Source of the DNA: a virus
Reading direction: 5' to 3' (one strand)
IMG/VR virus record: IMGVR_UViG_3300017776_000090
Span: 1 to 31,113 of that record
Length of the DNA stretch: 31,113 nucleotides
Shown in pieces: positions 6,400 to 14,706 of the stretch. A program made the position numbers and the translations under genes. Each line of letters starts with the position of its first letter. Position 1 is the first letter of the stretch. Below the pieces are notes generated by a model, which worked only from the letters and a program-made list of their open reading frames with translations, searched no databases and was not told the origin of the DNA.

Positions 6400-6654
6400 A
6401 TGATTAACTTAGGTCTAAGTATGCGAGTATCTGAGTGCGAGGAGAACGGATGGTTTGATCTGTTGTCTAAGCTAGATGAAATCACACAGAGTCTAATAGA
6501 TAACCCAAGCGCAGGGCATCAAATAAAAACTGCTTTGATATACTGGAAAGACGCAGTAGACAGCAGACATAACAACCTGCCGCCAGAAGAAAACGAAATA
6601 ATCTTAAAAAACCCTATTATGAACGTCCGAGAGGCGTTTGGAGCGGATATGTAA
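6400..6654 (+). CDS. Hypothetical protein (84 aa)
   Basis: AAGGTG RBS. It abuts the terS start, which follows directly after its TAA stop (taaatg). Confidence 0.6.
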   Translation: MINLGLSMRVSECEENGWFDLLSKLDEITQSLIDNPSAGHQIKTALIYWKDAVDSRHNNLPPEENEIILKNPIMNVREAFGADM

Positions 6655-7020
6655 ATGGGCAGACCCAAGTGGATACCTGATGCAGATATATGCGCTAGAG
6701 CCAAAGACATGGCATCTAGGGGATTAACTGTATCTCAAATAGCTGATTGCTTGGGGGTTGCTGAATCGACCTTATACAACAAGCAGTCAGAGTATTTAGA
6801 GTTAATGGAGTCTATAAAAAGGGGTCGAAGCATTGGAATGGATCAAGTGACTAATGCCCTGTATGAAAAAGCTGTTAATGGCGACAATACTGCTATGATA
6901 TTTTACTTAAAGACTAGAGATCGCGTTAATTGGGGAGAGCAGTACATAGAGCCAATTAAAGAGATACCCCCTATCAATATAACTGTTCACCCTGATGCAA
7001 TTAACAAAGCCGCAGAGTGA
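6655..7020 (+). CDS. terS: Terminase small subunit
   Basis: N-terminal HTH (RGLTVSQIADCLGVAESTLYN) and …NGDNTAMIFYLKTRDRVNWGE, typical of HTH-type TerS. It sits directly upstream of TerL. Confidence 0.75.
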   Translation: MGRPKWIPDADICARAKDMASRGLTVSQIADCLGVAESTLYNKQSEYLELMESIKRGRSIGMDQVTNALYEKAVNGDNTAMIFYLKTRDRVNWGEQYIEPIKEIPPINITVHPDAINKAAE

Positions 7021-8206
7021 GATATTTTGCTCACCCTCTAGGTTTAGGGCGGTAGTAGCAGGTAGGCGATTCGGCAAGACGTTTCTCTCAACAGGGGAGA
7101 TTCTAAGAGCCGCTATTGGGGGTGCTAATAAAAACTGCTGGTATGTTGCTCCCACATATGGGGCGAGTAAGGAGATTGCGTGGGATATGCTCATACAGAC
7201 AATACCAGAAGAGTACATACAAAAGACTAATGAAACATCTTTAACTATTAGGTTAATTAACGGATCAGTAATAAGCCTTAAAGGTGCTGAGAAGCCAAAC
7301 AACTTACGAGGCAGGGCGTTAGACTTTGTTGTGCTAGATGAATTTGCAGATATGAGACCAGAGGCATGGTATGAGGTTTTAAGACCATCTCTATCAGATA
7401 GGCAAGGTCATGCACTGTTTATTGGTACACCTAAAGGTAGAAACCATTTCTACGATATATGGGCATCAGGCTTAGATGGCGCAGAAGGATGGGATAGCTT
7501 TCAGTACACAACGCTAGATGGCGGCAACGTACCACAAGAAGAGATAGAACAAGCTAGAAGTGATCTAGATGAGCGCACATTTAAGCAAGAATATTGTGCA
7601 GAATTTGTCACTTACAGCGGTTTAATATATTATGCGTTTAGTAGAGAACTATCAGTTATCAACTTAGACGATAATGGTGGTACACTACACATTGGTATGG
7701 ACTTTAATATTGATCCTATGAGTGCTGTTGTATGCTTACGGCATGGGCAAGACTTACAGGTAATTGATGAATTAGTTCTATATGGATCAAATACAGATGA
7801 GGTTGTTGCTGAGATAAAGGATCGTTATCCTAATCGCAATATCATTATCTACCCTGATCCAGCATCAAGACAGCGCAAAACAAGTGCTGGTGGTCGGACT
7901 GATTTGTCGATCTTACAAAACGCAGGATTTAGCGTTAAGGCAAAGAAGGCTCACCCATTGGTCAGGGATAGAATCAATGCGGTTAATAGTCGTTTACTGT
8001 CAGGTGATGGTAAGAGGCATTTGTTTGTAAGCCCTAAGTGCAAACAAACTGTTAAGAGTTTAGAAAGACAAACATATAAAGAAGGCACAAGTATTCCAAA
8101 CAAAGATGGCTTTGACCACATGAATGACGCTCTTGGCTACCTAGTAGAATACCTGTTTCCAATTAGAACAGAATATAACACCGACCAACCGACTAGGTGG
8201 ACTTAA
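6995..8206 (+). CDS. terL: Terminase large subunit
   Basis: Walker A AGRRFGKT, Walker B-like LDFVVLDEF, C-terminal nuclease-like acidic motifs (IGMDFN, DHMNDALGY), and its position before the portal gene. Confidence 0.9.
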   Translation: MQLTKPQSEIFCSPSRFRAVVAGRRFGKTFLSTGEILRAAIGGANKNCWYVAPTYGASKEIAWDMLIQTIPEEYIQKTNETSLTIRLINGSVISLKGAEKPNNLRGRALDFVVLDEFADMRPEAWYEVLRPSLSDRQGHALFIGTPKGRNHFYDIWASGLDGAEGWDSFQYTTLDGGNVPQEEIEQARSDLDERTFKQEYCAEFVTYSGLIYYAFSRELSVINLDDNGGTLHIGMDFNIDPMSAVVCLRHGQDLQVIDELVLYGSNTDEVVAEIKDRYPNRNIIIYPDPASRQRKTSAGGRTDLSILQNAGFSVKAKKAHPLVRDRINAVNSRLLSGDGKRHLFVSPKCKQTVKSLERQTYKEGTSIPNKDGFDHMNDALGYLVEYLFPIRTEYNTDQPTRWT

Positions 8207-9711
8207 TGACCGAGATTACATATACACACCCCGACTATGACGCATACAAGCACAGATGGGAGTTTTATCTGCGAAGCTACATGGGCGGCGATGATTACAA
8301 GGATGGGAAATACCTAACAAGCTACGTTTCAGAAACCAAAGATGAGTATTCTAGGAGACTGGATTTAACGCCGATTGATAACCACTGTAAAAATATAGTG
8401 CATATCTATTCTAGCTTTTTATGGCGAGTTGCGCCTACCAGAGCATTTAATACCCTGCAAAATGATGCGGCGTTAGAGCCATTTATGAAGGATGCTGATT
8501 TAGACGGCAGAACCTTTAATGCGTTTATGAGGCAAGCCCAAGTTTGGTCAAGCGTATATGGTCATGTTTGGCTAATGGTTGATAAGCCCCAATCTAACGC
8601 TAACACCAGAGCAGAAGAATTAGATCAAGAAATACGCCCATATATGACACTGCTAACTCCAGAGAATGTGTTTGACTGGAAATATGAGCGCAGTGCGAGT
8701 GGTAAGTTTAGATTAACCTATTTAAAAGTTAGAGAATCTATAGATCGCGTAAATGATACAGAAACAGTTGTATATTGGAGAGTATGGCGAGAAGATACAA
8801 TTGAATACTGGCGAACTACAAATGATACAGATGAAAAGCTAGAAACCATTGATAACAAGATAGGTAAAATACCTGCTATATTCTTGCCAGCTAATAGATC
8901 AATACTGCGCGGTATAGGAATATCTGACATAGCGGATGTTTCAGAAATGCAACGTGCCATTTATCAAGAACTGTCAGAAGTAGAGCAGTTAATTCGAATT
9001 AGTAACCACCCGACATTGGTTAAAACATTTGAAACAGATGCAACTGCTGGTGCTGGTGCTATCATTAATCTACCTGATGATATGGATGGACAACTAAAGC
9101 CTTATCAAATGCAACCTAGCGGTGCTAATTTAGACGCTGTAAGAGCATCAATAACTGACAAGATAGAATCTATAAACAGAATGTCACACATGGGTGCGGT
9201 AAGAGGCACAGAGGCAATGACGCAGTCTGGCGTAGCAATGCAAACAGAGTTCCAAATGCTTAATGCTAAACTATCTGAGAAAGCAGATATATTAGAGTTA
9301 GCAGAGGAGCAGATATTTGATTTGTTCTGTCAGTGGCAACAAGTGTCTAATGACGTAGAAGTATTCTATCCTGATGCGTTTGACCTAAGAGACTACGACA
9401 AAGAGTTAATATTCCTACAGCAGATGCGAGCCACTGGCGTTAAGTCTGTTACCCTTGCACAAGAGATCGACAAAAAGATTGCTGATCTAGTGCTTGATGA
9501 CGATATGCTAGCTAAGGCACATAACGAGATTGAGACTACCACACAGACTGTTGGCGACTTCTCAGAGAAAACGCAGATTTACAGCTACCACATTGATGCT
9601 GGTGTTGTTACTCCTAACGAGGTTAGAGAGAAGATTGGTCTGGAAGATGTGGCTGGTGGTGATGTTCTTATCGAGCCGCGTGAAGATGGCGGTAGTACAG
9701 AGCAAGTCTAA
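8206..9711 (+). CDS. Portal protein
   Basis: 501 aa immediately after TerL. ATG 8206 has AGGTGG 5 nt upstream and a TAATG overlap; the track start 8197 is GTG. Confidence 0.8.
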   Translation: MTEITYTHPDYDAYKHRWEFYLRSYMGGDDYKDGKYLTSYVSETKDEYSRRLDLTPIDNHCKNIVHIYSSFLWRVAPTRAFNTLQNDAALEPFMKDADLDGRTFNAFMRQAQVWSSVYGHVWLMVDKPQSNANTRAEELDQEIRPYMTLLTPENVFDWKYERSASGKFRLTYLKVRESIDRVNDTETVVYWRVWREDTIEYWRTTNDTDEKLETIDNKIGKIPAIFLPANRSILRGIGISDIADVSEMQRAIYQELSEVEQLIRISNHPTLVKTFETDATAGAGAIINLPDDMDGQLKPYQMQPSGANLDAVRASITDKIESINRMSHMGAVRGTEAMTQSGVAMQTEFQMLNAKLSEKADILELAEEQIFDLFCQWQQVSNDVEVFYPDAFDLRDYDKELIFLQQMRATGVKSVTLAQEIDKKIADLVLDDDMLAKAHNEIETTTQTVGDFSEKTQIYSYHIDAGVVTPNEVREKIGLEDVAGGDVLIEPREDGGSTEQV

Positions 9712-10457
9712 TGGCTTCAGATACCGATCATTTTGCGATCTTAGACCGATTAGCAGACAGGCATGAAGAGCGTTTAGCTTCTGCCTTAAACGTCTTAGAA
9801 GAGCGCGTAAGCGATCTAATGGCTACTGCACCGATAAGGGATGGTCAGTTGTTTGATTTAGAGTGGGCGTTAAATACTCGCACACAGCTAAGACAAATGA
9901 TTGATGAAGAATACTTAGGTACAGTTGATGGCATCATTAGAGAGTATGATGATGTTGCTGTTGGTGCAGCAGATATGCTCAGAGAGTATGGCGATATAGT
10001 CAACTTAGATCAGTCGGTTGTAAGCCAGTTACAGCAGTTGACGTTTCAGGGCTTTGAGGACATTGGCACAGAGTATCTTGATGTTATTGCTAAGCAGGTA
10101 TATGAAAGCACTCTTACAGGCACTACGTTTGCACAGAGTGTTGCCGCAGTCAAAGATGTAGTCGGTAAGGATATGTCTCGATATGCAAGCCAGCAGGTGC
10201 ATGATGCTTTGACTCAGTTTGATCGCACAGTGAATACTAAGATAGCGTTAGACTCAGGAGCAGAGAAGTTTAAGTACAGAGGCTCTGATGACAGTAAGAC
10301 TAGATCGTTTTGCCGTAAGCACGTTAATAAGACGTACACGATAGATGAGATCAACGAGATATGGCAAGGAGAGTGGTCTGGTAAAAGCAGTAGCAATGCT
10401 TTTGTGAGTGCAGGTGGCTATAACTGCCGCCATAGATTTAGACCAGTTTTTGACTAA
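9711..10457 (+). CDS. Head morphogenesis protein (Mu F / SPP1 gp7 family)
   Basis: C-terminal KTRSFCRKH…GGYNCRHRFRPV matches the Mu-F-type Cys/His signature. It follows the portal gene. Confidence 0.8.
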   Translation: MASDTDHFAILDRLADRHEERLASALNVLEERVSDLMATAPIRDGQLFDLEWALNTRTQLRQMIDEEYLGTVDGIIREYDDVAVGAADMLREYGDIVNLDQSVVSQLQQLTFQGFEDIGTEYLDVIAKQVYESTLTGTTFAQSVAAVKDVVGKDMSRYASQQVHDALTQFDRTVNTKIALDSGAEKFKYRGSDDSKTRSFCRKHVNKTYTIDEINEIWQGEWSGKSSSNAFVSAGGYNCRHRFRPVFD

Positions 10458-10469
10458 GAGGTAAAGACA

Positions 10470-10544
10470 ATGCCACAAGGTAAAGGTACATACGGAAGCA
10501 AGGTCGGTAGACCTAAAAAGAAGAAACGCAAAACTAAGAAATAA
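10470..10544 (+). CDS. Candidate 24-aa polybasic micro-ORF MPQGKGTYGSKVGRPKKKKRKTKK
   Basis: AAGAGGT lies 6 nt upstream of the ATG. It occupies an otherwise empty 134-bp gap. Confidence 0.35.
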   Translation: MPQGKGTYGSKVGRPKKKKRKTKK

Positions 10545-10591
10545 TGTGTTAAGCTATTAATTCACCAACTACTCCTAGTGAGGTTCGTAAC

Positions 10592-11254
10592 ATGAGCGAT
10601 GAAATCATGGAAACCGTAGAAGCTGAAACTGAGACAGCAGCAGTAGAAACTCAGGCAAAGACATTTTCACAAGAAGAACTAGACCGAATCGTTGCTGATC
10701 GGATTGCTAGAGAACAGCGCAAGTTTGATAAGAAGCTAGGTGGCATCAACTTAGATGAAGCCAAAGAGTTACTTACTCAAAAGGAACAAGCTGAGATTGA
10801 GCAACAAAAACAGCGCGGAGAGTTTGATTCTATCTTAAAGCAAACTGTCGAAAAGAAAGATGCAGTTATCAACAGCTATAAAAGCAGGTTGCAAGAGACG
10901 TTGATTGATGGACAATTAACCAGTGCGGCTAGTCGAAATAATGCAGTTGATACAGCACAAGTAACAGCCTTATTAAAAAGTAATACTCGACTAAATGAAG
11001 ATGGGGCAGTCGAGATTGTGGATTCTAACGGAACTCCGCGTTACAATGATAAAGGTGATCTGTTATCTGTCGATGAGATGGTTACAGAATTTTTGACTGT
11101 AAACCCACACTTTGTACGTGCCTCACAAGGCGGTGCAGGTAGCTTGGGTAGCGCAGGTGGCTCAACTCCGAAGCCTCAATCGGTGGAATGGATGGTCGAG
11201 AATTGGAATAGCGGTGGCAAAGAAGCCTATGCCGCTACGAAAAGAAAGACCTAA
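10592..11254 (+). CDS. Scaffolding protein
   Basis: Acidic N-terminus and a helical region rich in Q/E/K (FSQEELDRIVADRIAREQRKFDKK). It lies immediately upstream of the capsid gene. Confidence 0.7.
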   Translation: MSDEIMETVEAETETAAVETQAKTFSQEELDRIVADRIAREQRKFDKKLGGINLDEAKELLTQKEQAEIEQQKQRGEFDSILKQTVEKKDAVINSYKSRLQETLIDGQLTSAASRNNAVDTAQVTALLKSNTRLNEDGAVEIVDSNGTPRYNDKGDLLSVDEMVTEFLTVNPHFVRASQGGAGSLGSAGGSTPKPQSVEWMVENWNSGGKEAYAATKRKT

Positions 11255-11293
11255 TTTTAAATTTTATTCTTTCTATTTTTTGAGGTTATTATT

Positions 11294-12163
11294 ATGAGTT
11301 TTACAGGTAGTGCAGTACATGATGCTGGCGGTGGTGCTGGCAATGAGAACAATCTATCGGATTTGTTCACCAATATTATTGCTCAAGCGCGTTTTACAGC
11401 CGAAGAGCAATCACTAATGCTAGGTCTAGTTACTCAATACAACATTGGTAACGTAGCTGGTAAAACAATCCAAGTGCCTAAGTATCCAGCAATTGCGGCG
11501 GCAAATTTAACAGAAGGTACTGACATGAGTTCAACTCGCGTTAATACTACATCTGTTTCTGTAACTGTTGGCGAAGTAGGCGCACAAGTTGTTCTTACTG
11601 ATCTAGCGGCTATGGGTGCTGGCAATCCAGCAGACGAGTTAGGCACAGTTCTTGGTAATGCTATTGCTACCAAGATTGATAAAGACCTAATTGCTTTGTT
11701 TGACGGCTTCAGCACTTCTTTCGGTGCAACTACTGAAGAACTAACTGTTGCACACTTGTTTAAAGCGGCGGCAACTTTGCGTAACAACAAAGTGACTGGC
11801 TCAATGGCTTGTGTTCTAAACCCATTAGCGGCTTACAACTTAAAAGCTAACCTTACTAACACATTTGCTAACCCTAATGGTGGCGACTTACAAAACGAAG
11901 CTATGCGTAATGGCTACGTTGGTTCTATTGCTGGTATCGATGTATATGAGTCAGCTAATGTTGCTGTAGACGGTTCTGGTGATTCTAAAGGTGCAGTATT
12001 TGCTCCTGAAGCTCTTGCAATCGCTCTTAAGTCTGATTTCAACTTAGAAGTACAACGTGACGCATCACTACGTGCTAACGAGTTGAACGCTACTGCTGTA
12101 TATGGTGTAGCTGAGTTAGACGATGACTTCGGTGTTGAACTATACGTTGACGCAGGTCTTTAA
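11294..12163 (+). CDS. Major capsid protein (HK97-fold type)
   Basis: 289 aa, strong GAGG RBS, higher GC and biased codons, followed by a hairpin, and positioned after the scaffold gene. Confidence 0.85.
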   Translation: MSFTGSAVHDAGGGAGNENNLSDLFTNIIAQARFTAEEQSLMLGLVTQYNIGNVAGKTIQVPKYPAIAAANLTEGTDMSSTRVNTTSVSVTVGEVGAQVVLTDLAAMGAGNPADELGTVLGNAIATKIDKDLIALFDGFSTSFGATTEELTVAHLFKAAATLRNNKVTGSMACVLNPLAAYNLKANLTNTFANPNGGDLQNEAMRNGYVGSIAGIDVYESANVAVDGSGDSKGAVFAPEALAIALKSDFNLEVQRDASLRANELNATAVYGVAELDDDFGVELYVDAGL

Positions 12164-12170
12164 GTCGAAT

Positions 12171-12200
12171 GCCCCTGCTTAGGTGGGGGCTATTCTTTTT
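12171..12200 (+). terminator. Hairpin gcccc…ggggc followed by tattcttttt
   Basis: 5-bp GC stem with a 10-nt loop and a T-rich tail, 8 nt after the capsid stop. Confidence 0.5.
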
Positions 12201-12211
12201 CTGAGGTTAAT

Positions 12212-12487
12212 ATGGCGATTACATATAGGGGCGAAAGGTTCAACGGCTACAACAAGCCAAAGCGGACATCTGGTCACAAGACTAAGTCTCATGCCGTATT
12301 AGCCAAAGAAGGGGATAAGATTAAGCTGATAAGATTCGGTCAGCAGGGGGCAGATAACAAGCCACCTAGAAAAAACGAATCGGCGGCAGATAAAGCAAAG
12401 CGTAAGGCGTTTAAAGCTAGACACGCTAAGAACATAGCCAAAGGCAAAATGTCTGCGGCATTCTGGTCAGATAAGGTGAAATGGTAA
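12212..12487 (+). CDS. Conserved basic virion-region protein (91 aa, K/R-rich)
   Basis: GAGG RBS. The sequence GYNKPKRTSGHKTKSHAVLAKEGDKIKLIRFGQQG…RKAFKARHAKNIAKGKMSAAFW looks to me like a widespread marine-phage family of unknown function. Confidence 0.65.
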   Translation: MAITYRGERFNGYNKPKRTSGHKTKSHAVLAKEGDKIKLIRFGQQGADNKPPRKNESAADKAKRKAFKARHAKNIAKGKMSAAFWSDKVKW

Positions 12488-12900
12488 TGGCATTTTCAAC
12501 AGATTCAGATTTAATAACATTAGTGCCTGATATATTAGAGTTGGGCATTGACTCATTCAGCACAGAACACGCTAAAGCTGAAAACGATATAATGCGCGAA
12601 TTGCGAATAGGCTGGTGGAATAGAAAACAAATTGATGGCGATATAATTAATGCCTATTTGACCAAAACGCAATTTACTCGATGTTCAGCTTATTTAGTAT
12701 TATGGAAATATGCCTTGCCACAATTAACTAATTGGACAGATGGCGATAGATTCCAGACAATGATTGAATTTTATAAAGCACGATATGCAGAAGAATTAGA
12801 TTCTATTTTGCGTGATGGCGTTGAATATGATGCAGATAATAATGCCACAATTACGGATGATGAAAAGAAAACCTTTTATACTGGTAGATTAGCAAGATAA
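12487..12900 (+). CDS. Head-tail connector/adaptor candidate
   Basis: Assigned by position. ATG 12487 (TAATG overlap, AAGGTGA 6 nt upstream) is preferred over ATG 12481. Confidence 0.45.
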   Translation: MAFSTDSDLITLVPDILELGIDSFSTEHAKAENDIMRELRIGWWNRKQIDGDIINAYLTKTQFTRCSAYLVLWKYALPQLTNWTDGDRFQTMIEFYKARYAEELDSILRDGVEYDADNNATITDDEKKTFYTGRLAR

Positions 12901-13322
12901 TGCAAATTACAGTAAAGACTAACGAAAAAAAGGTTAGGGCGGCATTAAGAAAAAAAGGAAAAGATGTTGATAAGAGCCTAAAACGTGCATTATCGCGTAC
13001 CGCACAAGAAGGTATCAACATAATTCAAGATAGAACCGAAGATGGAAAGGGCTATAAGAGTGGCGCATTCAAAGGCTATTCAGAAAAGTACGCTAAGTTT
13101 AGAAGAAAGAAAGGCAGAGGCAAAAAAGTTGATCTGCAATTTACTGGCAGAATGTTAGGCTCTATGACCAGCAAGGCTGATAAAAAGAAAGCTAATATCT
13201 TTTTTACAAGGGCAACAGAGGCTAAAAAAGCCGCAATGAATAACAAAACTAGACCTTTTTTCGGCTTTAGCAAGAAAGAAGAAACACTACTAGGAAATGT
13301 ATTCTTTAGGAACATCAAATGA
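12900..13322 (+). CDS. Head-tail joining protein (HK97 gp10-like)
   Basis: …YSEKYAKFRRKKGRGKKVDLQFTGRMLGSMT… resembles the gp10-family signature, and the position fits. Confidence 0.55.
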   Translation: MQITVKTNEKKVRAALRKKGKDVDKSLKRALSRTAQEGINIIQDRTEDGKGYKSGAFKGYSEKYAKFRRKKGRGKKVDLQFTGRMLGSMTSKADKKKANIFFTRATEAKKAAMNNKTRPFFGFSKKEETLLGNVFFRNIK

Positions 13323-13753
13323 GCGTTAGAGAGCAGATAGCAGAAAACCTGATTAATACCATTAAGGATATTGAAACGCCTGTAGCGGTCAAATATGCAA
13401 CAAGAGAGCAGTTTGATTTTGAAAAGCTATCAAGCGCACAATTTCCAGCAGTATTGGTTAGAAGTTCAGATGAAGATAGAGAAGATACAACTATAGGTGG
13501 TACACTATCATCACGAATGGCAACAATAAATTATGAATTAATTTGTTATGTTAAAGGCGGAAAATTAGACACCGCTAGAAATAACATAATTGAAGCAATA
13601 GAAGAATCGCTCGATGTTGATAGAACCAGAGGCGGAAACGCACTGGATACGCAAATAATCAACATTGAGACTGATGAAGGTTCGATTGACCCCATTGGTG
13701 GGGTAATCATAACTCTCCGCGTACTGTATAAATATACTCGCGGTACACTTTAA
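13319..13753 (+). CDS. Neck/tail-terminator candidate
   Basis: Last gene before the tail tube gene, with an ATGA overlap. Confidence 0.45.
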   Translation: MSVREQIAENLINTIKDIETPVAVKYATREQFDFEKLSSAQFPAVLVRSSDEDREDTTIGGTLSSRMATINYELICYVKGGKLDTARNNIIEAIEESLDVDRTRGGNALDTQIINIETDEGSIDPIGGVIITLRVLYKYTRGTL

Positions 13754-13771
13754 CTTTATGAGGTAATTACA

Positions 13772-14197
13772 ATGGCAACAGCAACAGGTAATAGCGGAGT
13801 TGTAAAATTAGTAACTGACACTGGTGGTACTGATACTTTACTAGTGGTTGGCGAAATACGCTCCTTTAGCATTGAAGAATCAGCAGACACTATCGAAAGC
13901 ACTGTAATGGGCGATTATCATCGTTCATACTTGACTGGTAATAAAAGCGCAACAGTATCAATAGAATGCTATTTTGACCCAACTGATCCCGGTCAGGCAG
14001 AAGCGGATGATGCTATAAGAACAGCAAATGCTGCAAAAGTAGATTGGGAAATTTTACCTACTGGCGATAATGTAGGCAAAAAATACACAGGTGTTGGAAT
14101 TATGACTAGCAGATCAATTAGTTCTTCAGCAGATGGCATGATTGAAGCAAGTTTTTCGATACAATGCACAGGTGTAATTACTGAAGGTTCAGCTTAA
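13772..14197 (+). CDS. Major tail (tube) protein
   Basis: 141 aa, strong GAGG RBS, directly upstream of the G/GT chaperone pair. Confidence 0.7.
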   Translation: MATATGNSGVVKLVTDTGGTDTLLVVGEIRSFSIEESADTIESTVMGDYHRSYLTGNKSATVSIECYFDPTDPGQAEADDAIRTANAAKVDWEILPTGDNVGKKYTGVGIMTSRSISSSADGMIEASFSIQCTGVITEGSA

Positions 14198-14218
14198 TAA
14201 ATCTGGGGAGATAAAACT

Positions 14219-14566
14219 ATGGGATTAGCTAAAGAGTTACGCACAAGAAGGAAAGTACAGACACGCGAAGTAGTAGTGCCTGAATGGGGTGATGAATCTG
14301 GTGACTTTAAGTTATATTGCAGACCTATAACCTGTAATGACCTTAACAGACTACAGAAGAAGCACCCTAGTTTTCTGACTAATACAACCATCGCTGCTAT
14401 GGTCGATCTGATTTTAATGAAAGCAGAAGATGCTAGTGGCGAGAAGTTGTTTACTTCGGCTGACGATAAGATTGAACTAATGGGCGAGCAGACTGATGTT
14501 ATATCAGATATTGCCAACCAAATGTTTGCTGATATTGAATCAGAGGATGCTTTAGCAAAAAACTAA
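14219..14566 (+). CDS. Tail assembly chaperone (gpG analogue)
   Basis: 115 aa between the tube and tape-measure genes. It ends in a slippery heptamer. Confidence 0.75.
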   Translation: MGLAKELRTRRKVQTREVVVPEWGDESGDFKLYCRPITCNDLNRLQKKHPSFLTNTTIAAMVDLILMKAEDASGEKLFTSADDKIELMGEQTDVISDIANQMFADIESEDALAKN

Positions 14567-14706
14567 AAACCGATCACTTTAGAATGAACCTTTATTCTTT
14601 AGCTGATCGGCTTCACAAAACAATAGATGAAGTAGAGCATATGAGCATTACTGAGTTTAATGAGTGGATGGCATATTTCACAATATTAAAGGATTCCGAT
14701 GGCTAA
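14219..14706 (+). CDS. Tail assembly chaperone GT fusion (via -1 frameshift at 14557-14563)
   Basis: The -1 frame is open from 14563 to TAA 14704-14706. It encodes …LKTDHFRMNLYSLADRLHKTIDEVEHMSITEFNEWMAYFTILKDSDG, which resembles the MS..E…W.AY signature of gpT segments. Confidence 0.65.
14557..14563 (+). promoter_or_regulatory. -1 programmed frameshift site A_AAA_AAC
   Basis: X_XXY_YYZ heptamer in the zero frame (gcA AAA AAC taa), immediately before the G stop codon. Confidence 0.7.

Noticed and set aside
9530-9766. Alternative-frame + strand ORFs at 9530-9766, 11112-11297 and 16675-16896.
   Set aside because: Each is nested in or straddles the end of a strongly supported structural gene (portal, scaffold, distal tail protein). 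Each has Arg/Leu/Cys-rich shadow-frame composition and lacks an RBS.
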